Shown here in pieces: positions 49,638 through 60,407 of a stretch of DNA of 64,000 bases. The DNA comes from an uncultured Verrucomicrobiae bacterium. GTDB taxonomy: Bacteria > Verrucomicrobiota > Verrucomicrobiia > Limisphaerales > Palsa-1400. The translations under genes and the position numbers were made by a program. How positions within the stretch are numbered: position 1 is the first letter of the stretch; each line of letters starts with the position of its first letter. A model generated the notes under the pieces. It did not search any database. It was given only the letters and a program-made list of their open reading frames with translations, and was not told the DNA's origin. Where the stretch lies: contig CAVPOM010000007.1 in NCBI GenBank assembly GCA_963707025.1, positions 96,001 through 160,000 of the forward strand. Reading direction: 5' to 3'.

Positions 49638-50112
49638 TTCTCCCTCTCCTTGGAGGAGAGGGCCGGGGTGAGGACGAGCTTCATCATCTCCGCGCAGCGC
49701 TAATCATTTCAACTGCACCGCAATGTTTCAGCATCATTCATTATCGCGAGCGTTTTGCGGCGGAAGGCAGCGGGGTTTTTAACGCAAAGTCGCAAGGGCG
49801 CGAAGGCGCAATCCCGATTCGGAATCGGGATGGCCTCTTTCCAGTGCAATAGTGAGGAATCATACCATTCCAACGAGGTTTTAACCGCAAAGGAACGCAA
49901 GGAACTCAGAGACAAGAGTTTATGTTTTTTTCTTTGCGATCTGGGTGTTCTTTGTGGTCAATTCATCTTTGGTTGCCTCTTTGCCGCGCTGTGCTCTCTG
50001 CGCCAAAATTTCGAAGCTGCATTTAACGTCGTCCCCCCGCTCTGCCGCGCCATCCTCCAGGGTGCCCAGGTTGCCTTTCTTTTGGCATTTATCATTCCAC
50101 ATTTATCATTTA
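49638..50112. repeat. Intergenic mosaic of REP/MITE and micro-repeat elements
   Basis: gagagggccggggtgagg, cgcaaag/cgcaagg repeats, atcccgattcggaatcgggat, ccgcaaaggaac...gttctttgtgg, catttatcatt twice. Confidence 0.7.
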
Positions 50113-50143
50113 GCGTTGGCCCTGGCATGACCCAAGAAAATCC

Positions 50144-52327
50144 ATGAACAAACGACTTTGCCCCTTTTCAACCGGCCTGATCCTGGCCGCCCTGGCCATC
50201 CTGTCCGGCCCGCTTTCAAACACCCTCCGCGCCCAGGACCGTTTGCCGCATTATCCCGGTTACGACCAGTATCAAAAAATGAGCCGCGAACTGCGCGGGG
50301 AAGTTTTCACGCCGGGCCGGCTGACGGTGACTTGGACCGACGGCGGAAAAGGGTTTGATTACCAGTGGAGCGGCAAGTCGTTTCACTACGATGCCACCGG
50401 CCGCACCCTGGTGGAAAAACCCTCCACCAACGCCGACGCCACCGAACCGGCCGCGCGCGGCGGTCGGGGCGGCCGGGGTGGCCGGGGTGGCGGCGGCCGG
50501 GGCGGCGGCCGGGGCGGCAATGTCATTGGCGGCGGCGGCAGCATCGGCGGCGGCGGCATTGCCCGCAACTTGTCCAGCGCCACAACCTCCCCGGACGGGA
50601 AGTTCAGGGCCTTCGCCCGCGGCAATAATCTCTGGATCAGCGACGCCGATGGCAGCGGCGAGATGGCCGTGACGGCCGACGGCAATGAAAAAAACCGCAT
50701 TCGCTACGGCATCGCCACGATTGTCTATGGGGAAGAATTGGGGATGAGCGTCGGCATGTGGTGGTCGCCGGACAGCAAGAAACTGGCCTTTTACCGGTTT
50801 GACGAGAGCAAGGTTCCCGATTACACGGTTGATCTGGATCAATCCAGGCAATACAACCGGCTGGAAGTGGATCCCTATCCCAAAGCCGGCGTGACCAGCC
50901 CCCAGGCGGACCTCTGCATCTACGATTTGGAGAGCAAGAAAACGACGCCGGTGGACGTGCGCGACGGCCAGCCCTTCGCGGACGCGGTCGTCGGCTACTA
51001 TGTCTATCGGCTGGCCTGGACCCACGATGGCCGGGAACTGCTGTTCAGCCGCATGAACCGCCGGCAAAACACCCTGGAACTGGCGGCGGCCGATCCGGGG
51101 AGCGGCAAATGCCGCGTCATTATTCACGAGGAATGGCCGGCCAATTGGGTGGACTGGGTGCCGGGCTTCCAATACCTGGCCGACCACCAGCGATTCATCT
51201 GGACCTCGGAGCGCAACGGTTTCAAGAATTTTTACCTCTACGATCTCACCGGCAAATTGCTGGCCACCCTGACCGATCATCAATACGAAGTTGCCAATCT
51301 CCTCAAAATTGATGAAATGGCCGGCGTGATTTATTACATGGCGCGCGACGGCGACAACTATATGAAACTCCAGTTGCACCGCGTGGGCCTGGACGGCCAG
51401 GGCGACCGCCGCCTGACCGACCCGGCTTTGAACCACAGCGTGCAACTCTCGCCCGACGGGAAATTTTTTATTGACGTGGCCGAAACGCACGACACGCCGC
51501 CGTTCACGCGGCTGGTGGACGACCAGGGCCGGGTGGTCGTCGAGCTGGCCAAAAGCGACCTGACGCGATTTGACCAACTCGGGCTCAAGCGCGTGGAATT
51601 ATTCACCTTCAAGGCGGCGGACGGGCAGTCGGAGCTTCACGGGATGCTCAATTTTCCATCCAACTTTGATCCCGGCAAAAAATATCCGCTGCTCGTCAGC
51701 GTCTATGGCGGGCCGATCACCAGCGCGGCCCGCGAGACTTTTGCCACGCCCAGCCCCACCGCCGAATACGGCTTCCTGGTGGCGTCGTTCGACTCCCGCA
51801 GCCTGGCCGGGCGCGGGCGCAAATTCAGCGACCCGTTTTACGGGCACCTGGGCATCGTGGAGATGGACGACCAGGCGGCCGGGGTCAAGGCGCTGGAGGA
51901 ACGCCCTTATATTGACAAGAACCGCGTCGGGGTTTATGGCACTTCCTACGGGGGCACCGCGGCGGCCACGCTGCTGCTGCGCTATCCGGATTTGTTTCAA
52001 GCGGCCAGCTCCTCGTCGCCGGTGACCGATTACCGCAACTACAACTGCATCTACAGCGAGCGATACGAGGGATTGGTATCGGAAAACAAGGAAGGCTACG
52101 ACGCCGCCACCGTCATGACTTATGCCGGGAATCTCAAAGGCCGGCTGCTCCTCTACTACGGCACGGCGGACAACAACGTGCATAACTCCAACGCGCTCCA
52201 ACTCATCCAGGCATTGCAGAGGGCCGGGAAAAACTTTGAAGTGCAGGTCGGACCCGACCTGGGCCACACCGGCGTCAACCAGTCGCGCATGATGGAATTC
52301 TTCATCGAAAACCTGGTGCTGAAGTGA
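50144..52327 (+). CDS. S9B dipeptidyl peptidase IV family protein with RGG-rich insert
   Basis: WWSPDSKK, YPKAG, GTSYGG, GTADNNVH, terminal GH. Confidence 0.92.
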   Translation: MNKRLCPFSTGLILAALAILSGPLSNTLRAQDRLPHYPGYDQYQKMSRELRGEVFTPGRLTVTWTDGGKGFDYQWSGKSFHYDATGRTLVEKPSTNADATEPAARGGRGGRGGRGGGGRGGGRGGNVIGGGGSIGGGGIARNLSSATTSPDGKFRAFARGNNLWISDADGSGEMAVTADGNEKNRIRYGIATIVYGEELGMSVGMWWSPDSKKLAFYRFDESKVPDYTVDLDQSRQYNRLEVDPYPKAGVTSPQADLCIYDLESKKTTPVDVRDGQPFADAVVGYYVYRLAWTHDGRELLFSRMNRRQNTLELAAADPGSGKCRVIIHEEWPANWVDWVPGFQYLADHQRFIWTSERNGFKNFYLYDLTGKLLATLTDHQYEVANLLKIDEMAGVIYYMARDGDNYMKLQLHRVGLDGQGDRRLTDPALNHSVQLSPDGKFFIDVAETHDTPPFTRLVDDQGRVVVELAKSDLTRFDQLGLKRVELFTFKAADGQSELHGMLNFPSNFDPGKKYPLLVSVYGGPITSAARETFATPSPTAEYGFLVASFDSRSLAGRGRKFSDPFYGHLGIVEMDDQAAGVKALEERPYIDKNRVGVYGTSYGGTAAATLLLRYPDLFQAASSSSPVTDYRNYNCIYSERYEGLVSENKEGYDAATVMTYAGNLKGRLLLYYGTADNNVHNSNALQLIQALQRAGKNFEVQVGPDLGHTGVNQSRMMEFFIENLVLK

Positions 52328-52338
52328 ATCGGCCTTGT

Positions 52339-53418
52339 TCAACCGCATTGGGCGCGCTGGCGCAAGGCGTGATCCACCAGCACCAGGGCCGCCATGGCTT
52401 CCACCATCGGCACGGCCCGGGGCAGCACGCACGGATCATGCCGGCCCCGCCCTTTCAGGGTGGTGTTGTGGAAATGCGCGTCCACCGTTTGCTGTTCGTG
52501 CATGACGGTGGCCACCGGCTTGAAGGCCACGCGCAAAACGATGTTTTCCCCGTTGGAAATGCCGCCCTGGATGCCGCCGGAATTATTCGTGACAGTCCGC
52601 ACCCGGCCCCCCTTCATGCGGAACAAATCATTGTGCCGCCGGCCGGTCAGGAGAATCCCGCCGAAGCCGGAGCCGATCTCAAAACCCTTGGAGGCGGGCA
52701 AACTCAACATCGCCTTGGCCAGGTCGGCTTCCAGACGGTCAAAAACCGGTTCGCCCCAGCCCGGCGGCACGCCGCGCGCCACGCATTCAATGACGCCTCC
52801 CACGCTGTCGCCCTCCCGGCGCATTTTTTCGATCAGCCGGATCATCTTGACAGCGGCGGCCGGATCGGGACAGCGCACGGGGTTGGACTCCACCTGTTGC
52901 GCCGTGACCCTGGCCGCGTCCACTTCCGCCTGAATGCGCTGCACCTGTTTGACCCAGGCCACGATGGAGACCTGGAATTGCTCGCGCAAAATTTTCCTGG
53001 CCACCGCGCCGGCGGCGACGCGCCCGACGGTTTCCCGCGCGCTGGTGCGTCCGCCGCCCTGCCAGTTGCGGATGCCGAATTTGGCCTGGTAAGTGTAATC
53101 GGCGTGGGAGGGGCGGAATTTCAGGGCCATTTCGCTGTAGGCTTCCGGGCGGGCGTCCTCATTCCTCACCCACATGGAGATGGGCGTGCCGAGCGTTTTG
53201 CCCTCGAAGGTGCCGGAAAGAATCTCCACCCGGTCGCTCTCCTTGCGCGGTGTGACGATGGGCGACTGGCCGGGCCGGCGGCGGTCCAGGTCCGGCTGGA
53301 TGTCCTGCTCTGTCAAGCGCAGGCGCGGCGGGCAGCCGTCAATCACCACGCCCACGCCGCCGCCGTGGGATTCGCCCCAGGTGGTGATGCGAAAAAGCTG
53401 TCCAAATGAATTGCCCAT
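52339..53418 (-). CDS. aroC: Chorismate synthase
   Basis: [38 protein letters not shown]. Confidence 0.96.
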   Translation of the reverse strand: MGNSFGQLFRITTWGESHGGGVGVVIDGCPPRLRLTEQDIQPDLDRRRPGQSPIVTPRKESDRVEILSGTFEGKTLGTPISMWVRNEDARPEAYSEMALKFRPSHADYTYQAKFGIRNWQGGGRTSARETVGRVAAGAVARKILREQFQVSIVAWVKQVQRIQAEVDAARVTAQQVESNPVRCPDPAAAVKMIRLIEKMRREGDSVGGVIECVARGVPPGWGEPVFDRLEADLAKAMLSLPASKGFEIGSGFGGILLTGRRHNDLFRMKGGRVRTVTNNSGGIQGGISNGENIVLRVAFKPVATVMHEQQTVDAHFHNTTLKGRGRHDPCVLPRAVPMVEAMAALVLVDHALRQRAQCG

Positions 53419-53535
53419 GGGCCGGAGTTTAGAGTTGAGGACAGCCCGTTTAAAGTTCAAAGTGAAACGGAAGTTACGGGTGCCGGCCTTCATTTGGAAA
53501 CTTGCGGTTCTCTTCCAAAATGGTAATTTGCCGGC

Positions 53536-53748
53536 ATGAGCACGGTTGAGAAAATCGAGCAAGATATCGAAGGCTTGTCGAGCCAGGATTTTGACCGGCT
53601 GGCGGTCTGGATGGAGCGGCGTCGCAATGAAAAATGGGACCGGCAAATGGAGGAGGATGCGGCGGCTGGCCGGCTTGATTTTCTTTTTGAGGAGGCCGAG
53701 GCCGGGCGTCATTCCGACAAACTTCGGAATTGGCCTCCGCGCTCATGA
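53536..53748 (+). CDS. Putative antitoxin
   Basis: [17 protein letters not shown] motif; ATGA overlap with toxin. Confidence 0.8.
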   Translation: MSTVEKIEQDIEGLSSQDFDRLAVWMERRRNEKWDRQMEEDAAAGRLDFLFEEAEAGRHSDKLRNWPPRS

Positions 53749-54011
53749 CCTCCAGGGCCACGGACCGTTTTTGGAAGCTTTACCATCAGCTTCCCGGGCC
53801 CGTTCAGGAATTGGCCGTGAAGAATTATGATCTCTGGCGGCAAAATCATCATCACCCCTCGCTTCATTTCAAAAGGCTCGCCCCTGACAACACCCGCTTC
53901 TCTGTTCGCATCGGGAACCACTACCGCGCCATCGGACAAGAGGCGGCAGGAGGAGTGGAATGGGTTTGGATTGGAACCCATGAGGAATACAATAAAATTC
54001 TGGGTCGTTAG
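53745..54011 (+). CDS. RelE/HigB-like toxin
   Basis: HPSLHFKR...SVRIG..YRA...WVWIGTHEEY. Confidence 0.85.
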   Translation: MTSRATDRFWKLYHQLPGPVQELAVKNYDLWRQNHHHPSLHFKRLAPDNTRFSVRIGNHYRAIGQEAAGGVEWVWIGTHEEYNKILGR

Positions 54012-54034
54012 CACTCGTACAACTCGCAATTCCG

Positions 54035-55636
54035 ATGACTGTGTTGCCCATTGTTGGCCGGGAATTGGCGGTGGCTTCCAGGCGGGCCGGCACCTACTGG
54101 CTGCGCTTTTGGATGGCCGCGGGCGCGCTGGCGATTTTTTTTATTCCCTTCCTGGACCGCACGAATTCCATCACCGAGATGGGCCAGGTCATTTTCATTT
54201 TGCTGGGAAGCATGATGCTGGGCTTTTCCATGCTGGCGGGTGTCTTCCTCACCGCCGACAGTCTCTCGGTGGAGAAGCGGGAAGGAATCCTCGGCCTGCT
54301 TTTTCTGACCGATCTGAAGGGATACGATGTGGTGCTGGGGAAGCTGGCGGCCAATTCTCTGCACGCTCTTTTCGGACTGCTGGCGGTGTTTCCCGTGCTG
54401 GCGCTGCCGCTGCTGACGGGCGGCCTGAGCCTCGGGGAATTTTGGCGGACGATGCTGGTCTTCCTCGCCACGATGTATTATTCCCTGGGCATCGGGATGA
54501 TGGTCTCTGCCGCCAGCCGGGAAGGCAGGCAGGCGATGGCGGGAACCTTTGCCATCATCGCCTTGGTCGCGGGCGGCCTGCCGGTGTTGTGGCAGTTGCA
54601 ATTTTATTTTCTGCACCGTTGGTATCTGGATTTCCTGCTGTGGCCCGGCCCCGTGTATGCCTATGTCAAGGGGTTCGATGCGTCGTATTTGACACGGTAC
54701 GGCCGGCAGGAGTTTTGGGCGGCGATGGGGGCCCTCTTTGCGCTGGGGAGCGTCTGCCTTGTGGCGGCCAGCATCCTGCTGCCGCGCTCGTGGCAGAAAA
54801 GTGCCGGGGCTGACCCAAGCCGGCAACGCGCCCGCTTTCATATTTTTGCGGCGGCGCGGTGGCGGCGTCCGCCGTTGGGAGCCAAAAATCCGTTTCTCTG
54901 GCTGGCGCTGGGCGACCGCGCGGGCCAATCGGCGCTCAACCGGATGTTGATTCTGCTTGGCCTGCTCTGGTTGGTCGCTCTGGTCCTCAGCGCGGACCGA
55001 CCAGGGAGGTATTTTTCTCTTGCCGTGATGCTGGCCTTTGGGCTGCATTTCGCGGCCAAAGTCCTGATGGCCTCGGAAAGCGGACGGCGCTTCCACCAGG
55101 ACCGGCAAAGCGGCGCGCTGGAGTTGCTGTTGGCCACGCCGCTGGCGGTGGAAGACATTGTGAACGGACAGCGAGAGGCACTGCGGAGGCAATTCCAACG
55201 AGCGGTTTGGGCGCTTTCGCTGGTCAATGTTCTGACGCTTTTGTTTGCTTTCATCATGACAGCGTTTGCCGGCGGGATGCCTTCGGAAGAAGCTTCCATG
55301 TTCGTTGAAGTATTGCTTGGCAGCATCGTCGTGCTCTGGCTGGATGCCAGCGCGCTGAGTTGGCTGGGGATGTGGCGGGGCTTGACCGCCAAAAGATATC
55401 CCCGCTCCGTCCTGGCCACTTGGGGGCAGGTGATGGCGCCGCCGTGGCTGGCCTTCTTCCTTTTCATTTTTATTGGACCCATGTTGTCGGCCGGGTTGGA
55501 CCCTGGCGCGGTGGAGTTGTTCATCCTGCTCTGGTTTTGCGTGGGCGCGATGGTTGACCTCCTGAGCATCAACTGGGCCAGGGATAACTTGGTCAGATGC
55601 CTGCGCTCCACCGTGGCGGAAAGCTATGACCGGTAG
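54035..55636 (+). CDS. ABC-2-type permease with internal duplication
   Basis: EKREGILGLLFLT...VVLGK and DRQSGALELLLATPL...IVNG. Confidence 0.8.
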   Translation: MTVLPIVGRELAVASRRAGTYWLRFWMAAGALAIFFIPFLDRTNSITEMGQVIFILLGSMMLGFSMLAGVFLTADSLSVEKREGILGLLFLTDLKGYDVVLGKLAANSLHALFGLLAVFPVLALPLLTGGLSLGEFWRTMLVFLATMYYSLGIGMMVSAASREGRQAMAGTFAIIALVAGGLPVLWQLQFYFLHRWYLDFLLWPGPVYAYVKGFDASYLTRYGRQEFWAAMGALFALGSVCLVAASILLPRSWQKSAGADPSRQRARFHIFAAARWRRPPLGAKNPFLWLALGDRAGQSALNRMLILLGLLWLVALVLSADRPGRYFSLAVMLAFGLHFAAKVLMASESGRRFHQDRQSGALELLLATPLAVEDIVNGQREALRRQFQRAVWALSLVNVLTLLFAFIMTAFAGGMPSEEASMFVEVLLGSIVVLWLDASALSWLGMWRGLTAKRYPRSVLATWGQVMAPPWLAFFLFIFIGPMLSAGLDPGAVELFILLWFCVGAMVDLLSINWARDNLVRCLRSTVAESYDR

Positions 55637-55649
55637 CCGTTCCCATCGT

Positions 55650-57341
55650 TTAATCCTTGGCCTTTGCGCCGCGCCATTGCGCCAGCATCGCTTCGGCGTG
55701 GCGGCGGGCGGCTTCGGTCGGGCCGCCGAGCATCCGTGCGATTTCACCCGGCCGCTGGGTGTCGTCCAGCAGGGCAATTTCCGAAAGGGTGCGTCCGCCC
55801 TCCACCCGCTTGGCCACGACAAAATGCGACGGCGCGGCCGCCGCCACCGCCGGCAGATGGGTGATGCAAATCACCTGGCGCCGCCGCGCGATGCGCCGCA
55901 TTTTCTCCCCGACCGCCGCCGCGGTTTCGCCGCCCACGTTGGCGTCAATTTCATCAAACACCAGCACCGGAATTTCGTCCTCCTCCGCCAGCGCCGTTTT
56001 CAGCGCCAGCATGACCCGCGACATTTCGCCCGACGAAGCAATGGCGCGCAGCGGGCGGGCCGGTTCGCCGGGATTGGGGGCGAATTGAAAATCAATCTCA
56101 TCCAGGCCGGAGACGGAACCGGCCGGGAGGGAATCAGTGGTCTTGACAGTAATGTCAAAGCGGCTCTGCTGAAAGCCCAGGTCGCGCAAGTGTTGCATGG
56201 CCGCCCTGGCCAGCCGGGGAACGGCCTGGCGCCGTTGCGCCGACAGCTCCTGTCCCACCTTCCAAAGTTCGCCCGCCAGCTTCTCCCGCTCCTGGTTGAT
56301 GCGCCCCAGTTCCGCCGCGCGCTGTTCGAGCTTTTGCAATTTCCGGCCCGCTTCCGCGCCGAAGGCCAGCACCTCCGCCAGGGTCCCGCCGTACTTGCGT
56401 TTGAGGGAATGGATCAAATTCAACCGCTCCTCCATTTGGCCAAGGCGCGCGGGGTCCAGCTCAATGGCGTCGGCATATCGTCTCAAGCCGGACTGCAAAT
56501 CGCGCCAGGCAGCGGCGGCCTGCTCGTGGGAAAGGAGCAGACTTTGCGCGCCGCCGTCAATGCGCTGGAGGGCCTGCAAGGTCCGCCCCAATTCCCCGGC
56601 CTGGACGAGGAGGCAGGAGTCCTGTTCACTCAAGACGTTCAGGGCGGCCTGGCACAACTCCAGCAGGCGGGCGGCGTTGCTGGCGCGCTGAAATTCCTGT
56701 TCCTGCCGCGCCTCTTCGCCGGCTTGCAAATGGGCGGCGGCAATTTCGCCGGCCTGAAAGCGGAGCAACTCCAATTGCTGGGCGTAGGCGCGCTCGTCCA
56801 CGATTAAGGCCGCCTTCTCCGCCTCCAGCGCGCGCGCCCGCCCGGCCAGGGCGGCGAACTTGCCGCGCAAGCCGCCCAACCCGGCAAAGGAGTCCAGGAT
56901 GTCCCGTTGCCGCGCCGGATCGAGGAGGGACTGATGGTCGTGCGGCCCGTGCATGTCCACCAAATCCCGGCCGAGGGCCGCCAGCACTTGCAGGGTGGCG
57001 GGCGAGCCGTTGATAAACTGGCGGTTGGCCCCGGCGGCGGTGAAGACGCGTTTGAGAATCAGTTCCCCCTCCGGGCACGGTTCCAGCCCGTTTTCCTCCA
57101 GAAATTGGTCCAGCCCAGGGCGGCGGGCCCGCGCCTCCAACACCGCCTCCACCGAGCAACTGTCACAGCCGCTGCGAATAAGGGTGCGATCGGCCCGCCC
57201 GCCGAGCAGGAGGTTGAGCGCGCCGATGATGATGGATTTGCCCGCGCCGGTTTCGCCGGTGATGGCGTTGTAACCCGGCCGCAAGGCCAGCGTGAGGTCG
57301 GTGACCAGCGCCAGATTCTTGATGCGCAATGTGCCTAACAC
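55650..57341 (-). CDS. recN: DNA repair protein RecN
   Basis: ITGETGAGKS, ASSGEMSR, VFDEIDANVGG, CITHLP. Confidence 0.95.
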   Translation of the reverse strand: MLGTLRIKNLALVTDLTLALRPGYNAITGETGAGKSIIIGALNLLLGGRADRTLIRSGCDSCSVEAVLEARARRPGLDQFLEENGLEPCPEGELILKRVFTAAGANRQFINGSPATLQVLAALGRDLVDMHGPHDHQSLLDPARQRDILDSFAGLGGLRGKFAALAGRARALEAEKAALIVDERAYAQQLELLRFQAGEIAAAHLQAGEEARQEQEFQRASNAARLLELCQAALNVLSEQDSCLLVQAGELGRTLQALQRIDGGAQSLLLSHEQAAAAWRDLQSGLRRYADAIELDPARLGQMEERLNLIHSLKRKYGGTLAEVLAFGAEAGRKLQKLEQRAAELGRINQEREKLAGELWKVGQELSAQRRQAVPRLARAAMQHLRDLGFQQSRFDITVKTTDSLPAGSVSGLDEIDFQFAPNPGEPARPLRAIASSGEMSRVMLALKTALAEEDEIPVLVFDEIDANVGGETAAAVGEKMRRIARRRQVICITHLPAVAAAAPSHFVVAKRVEGGRTLSEIALLDDTQRPGEIARMLGGPTEAARRHAEAMLAQWRGAKAKD

Positions 57342-57633
57342 GCCCGGCGAATTTAGGGTTCGAGGATGAAAGAGGAAAGCGCAAAGTAGCCCCGGGCGGG
57401 TGGGAGCGGGCCAATTCATGCAGACAATGTGGAGGAGCGGGGAGACTGGAGTGGTGGAGGGAGGGTGTGGTGGGCGACGCGTGATTGGATGGATGCAACC
57501 CCTCACCCTAACCCTCTCCCCACTTCGTGGGGCGAGGAAATCGGCAAATCGCATGGTGGTGGTATCAAGCTGCGCCACTGGCCGAAGGGCGCGCGCTTTC
57601 GGGCGTGACGGCGGGGGGGTAGTGCCCTAATTT

Positions 57634-57683
57634 GTAGTGTCGAGCCTGTGGCTCGAAATCGGCGCACAGCGCCGACGCTACAA
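57634..57683. repeat. GTAG-type REP doublet
   Basis: tgtagtgtcg...cgacgctaca; related gtagcggcggtctgtgaccgccg near 26185. Confidence 0.6.
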
Positions 57684-57750
57684 CAATGGAATTTGAACAC
57701 AACCCGCACGAGCGCGCCGGGGATGAAGATGGGCCGCCCTGAATGATGCC

Positions 57751-59199
57751 ATGAAAGACGAATATTTGCCGCCGGAATTGCTCGAGTTTGAACGGTTGTT
57801 GCACAGGCCGAACAACGACCCGACCGGCCTGGCGGGGTTTTTCAGCGCCGGCGAACTGTGGGTTTCGCGGGTGCCGGCGCGGCTGGATGTGATGGGCGGC
57901 ATTGCCGATTACTCCGGGGCCAACGTCTGCGAAGCGGTGCTGGGGCGCGGGATTCTCATGGCCCTGCAGCCGCGCAATGACCGGACCTTGCGCATCCGCA
58001 CCCTGCAGGCCGGCCAGCGCAACCTGCCGGTGGAGACGCGCATCCCGCTGGATTATTTTGCCGCCGGCGACAGCCTGGCGGAGTACGCCGACGTGCGCGC
58101 CTTGTGCCGGGTCAATCCGCTGGTGAACTGGGCGGCTTACATCGGCGGGAGTATTTTCACTTTGCTCAAGGAGGAACCGGTCCAGCTCCCCTTTGGCTTC
58201 AGCATGCTGCTGTTGAGCGCGGTGCCCATGAACGTGGGCATCGGCAGTTCGGCGGCGGTGGAGATTGGCGCCTTGAGCTGCCTGAATGCCTACCTGGGCA
58301 TCCAGCTTGACCCGGCTCGCATGGCGCGCCTGGGACAGATGGCGGAGAACCATGTGGTCGGCGCGCCTTGCGGCATCATGGATCAAATCTCGGTGACCAG
58401 CGGGCGGGAAGGCCGGCTCACCCACATTCTGTGCCGGCCCGGCGCGGTCATGGGGGAGGTGGAGATTCCGCCCGGCACGGGCTTCGTCGGCATCAACTCC
58501 ATGGTGCGGCGCTCAGTGGCGGGCAATCCTTACGGAGACGCCCGCATCGGCGCGTTCATGGGCAAGAGAATTATTAACGACCTCCGCGCCGACCGGGGCG
58601 GGGAGGCGCTGGATTATCTGACTGAACTGCCGCTGGGGGAATTCCAGGCGCAATTCGCCAAGGAGATTCCCCCCCAGATGATTGGCTCGCAATTTCTGGC
58701 CCGCCACAAAACGCACGACGACCCGGTGACTAAAATCCAGCCCGACGCCAGCTATCGCGTCGCCGGCCCGACCCGGCATGCCATCGAGGAGAACGAGCGG
58801 GTGCTGCGGTTCATGGACTGCCTGCGCGCCGCCAAGGCCGGCGAAAAACATGCTTTGGAGACCGCCGGCGAATGTATGTTCGCCGCCCACGACAGCTACC
58901 GCGACAATTGCCAGCTCTCGATCGGGGAGGTGGATTTCCTGGTGGACGCCGTGAGGAAGAGGGGAGCCAAAGCCGGGCTGTTCGGCGCGAAAATCACGGG
59001 CGGCGGCACCGGCGGCACGGTGGCGGTGTTTGGGCGATTGGAGGCCTTGCGGGAGCACATCCTGCTGATTGCCACCGAGTATTCGCGCCGCGTGGGGGTG
59101 ATGCCGGACATTTTCGAGGGCACCTCGCCGGGAGCGGTGGAGTTTGGAGCCCGGCGTTATCTGTTCAACGCCGCGGGGTGGCGCAGATTCATGGCGTGA
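57751..59199 (+). CDS. GHMP sugar-1-kinase resembling plant L-arabinokinase
   Basis: RLDVMGGIADYSG, GSSAAVE, ENHVVGAPCGIMDQ, HDDPVT, GAKITGGGTGGTV. Confidence 0.88.
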   Translation: MKDEYLPPELLEFERLLHRPNNDPTGLAGFFSAGELWVSRVPARLDVMGGIADYSGANVCEAVLGRGILMALQPRNDRTLRIRTLQAGQRNLPVETRIPLDYFAAGDSLAEYADVRALCRVNPLVNWAAYIGGSIFTLLKEEPVQLPFGFSMLLLSAVPMNVGIGSSAAVEIGALSCLNAYLGIQLDPARMARLGQMAENHVVGAPCGIMDQISVTSGREGRLTHILCRPGAVMGEVEIPPGTGFVGINSMVRRSVAGNPYGDARIGAFMGKRIINDLRADRGGEALDYLTELPLGEFQAQFAKEIPPQMIGSQFLARHKTHDDPVTKIQPDASYRVAGPTRHAIEENERVLRFMDCLRAAKAGEKHALETAGECMFAAHDSYRDNCQLSIGEVDFLVDAVRKRGAKAGLFGAKITGGGTGGTVAVFGRLEALREHILLIATEYSRRVGVMPDIFEGTSPGAVEFGARRYLFNAAGWRRFMA

Positions 59200-59211
59200 G
59201 GCACTCCCGTT

Positions 59212-60111
59212 ATGGCGGACCACCCCCTTGTGCGCAAAGCGGTCATTCCCGTGGCGGGCCTGGGGACGCGGCATTTTCCGGCGTCGCATGCAGTCAAGAA
59301 GGAATTGTTTCCCATCGTGGGGGCGGACGGAATCGCACGCGGCTTGATTCATTATCACCTGCTCGAACTGGCGGAGGCGGGCATCGAGGAGATTTGCCTT
59401 ATCGTCCAGCCGGGCGAGGAGGCGGTGATCCGCGCCTATTTGCAGGGGCCGGGCGGGGACTACCTCCGGCGTTTGGAAAAATATCCCGCGCTGCTGCGGG
59501 AAGCGGGCCGGATGCGCGGCCTGGCCAAAGGAATTCATTTTGCCGCGCAGCGCGAGCAGGAAGGCTACGGTCATGCGGTTTTTCAGAGCCGGGAGTTCGC
59601 CGCGGGTGAAATGGTGTTGCTCTGCCTGGGCGATCATTTGTTCCGCGGCAAACCGGTTTCGCCTTACCGCCAACTGGCGCAAATGGCCGGGGCCGGGCAG
59701 GGCCGCAGCATTTCCGCCGTGAACCGCATTGCGGAGGGCGAATTGCAAGGCTACGGCACCATCGCCGGGACGCGCCGCGCGGAAAATCCGCGATTGATTG
59801 ACGTCTCGCGCATCGTCGAAAAACCCGATCCCGCCCTGGCGCGCGCCCAACTGCGCGTCAATGATCTGCCGGAGGGGACCTGGCTGGGCTGGTTTGGGAT
59901 GCACCTGCTCGCCCCCTCCATTTACGAGGTGCTGGCGGAAATGATCCGCGACAATGTGCGCGACGGCGGCGAATTCCAACTCACCCGCGCCCAGGAAATC
60001 CAGCGCCAGCGGGAGGGGTATTTGGCGCTGGAAATGACGGAGGCGGAGCGGTTTGATTTCGGCACGCCGGATGATTTCGTGCGCAGCGTGGCGGCCTTCC
60101 GGCGGGCGTGA
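59212..60111 (+). CDS. Sugar-1-phosphate nucleotidyltransferase (GalU-like)
   Basis: KAVIPVAGLGTR, QEGYGHAV, LGDH, IVEKP, RFDFGTP. Confidence 0.9.
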   Translation: MADHPLVRKAVIPVAGLGTRHFPASHAVKKELFPIVGADGIARGLIHYHLLELAEAGIEEICLIVQPGEEAVIRAYLQGPGGDYLRRLEKYPALLREAGRMRGLAKGIHFAAQREQEGYGHAVFQSREFAAGEMVLLCLGDHLFRGKPVSPYRQLAQMAGAGQGRSISAVNRIAEGELQGYGTIAGTRRAENPRLIDVSRIVEKPDPALARAQLRVNDLPEGTWLGWFGMHLLAPSIYEVLAEMIRDNVRDGGEFQLTRAQEIQRQREGYLALEMTEAERFDFGTPDDFVRSVAAFRRA

Positions 60112-60173
60112 AGACTGACCCGTGACCGCCCCCCGGGCTTGATTGGATGCACCATCAATAGTATTATTTTGCC

Positions 60174-60401
60174 ATGAGCGCGAATGAACTATTGGAAAGG
60201 GTGAAAACCTTGCCTCCGCGTGAACGCCGGAGATTTTTTGACGGTGTCCACGCACTGGAGGGAGCGATTTGCCCCCAGCCAGCGCCTCAATCCAAGCGCC
60301 GGGTTCGTTGGCCGGATGCCGCGGCGCGGCGGCGCAAAATTGTGGGCGATAAAGTGGTGCCTAATCTGGTCCTGCTGGCGAGGGAGCAGGAGCGTTACTG
60401 A
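60174..60401 (+). CDS. Putative antitoxin
   Basis: 75 aa upstream of PIN gene; TTGATT-17-TATTAT-6-ATG. Confidence 0.75.
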   Translation: MSANELLERVKTLPPRERRRFFDGVHALEGAICPQPAPQSKRRVRWPDAAARRRKIVGDKVVPNLVLLAREQERY

Positions 60402-60407
60402 GGGCGC

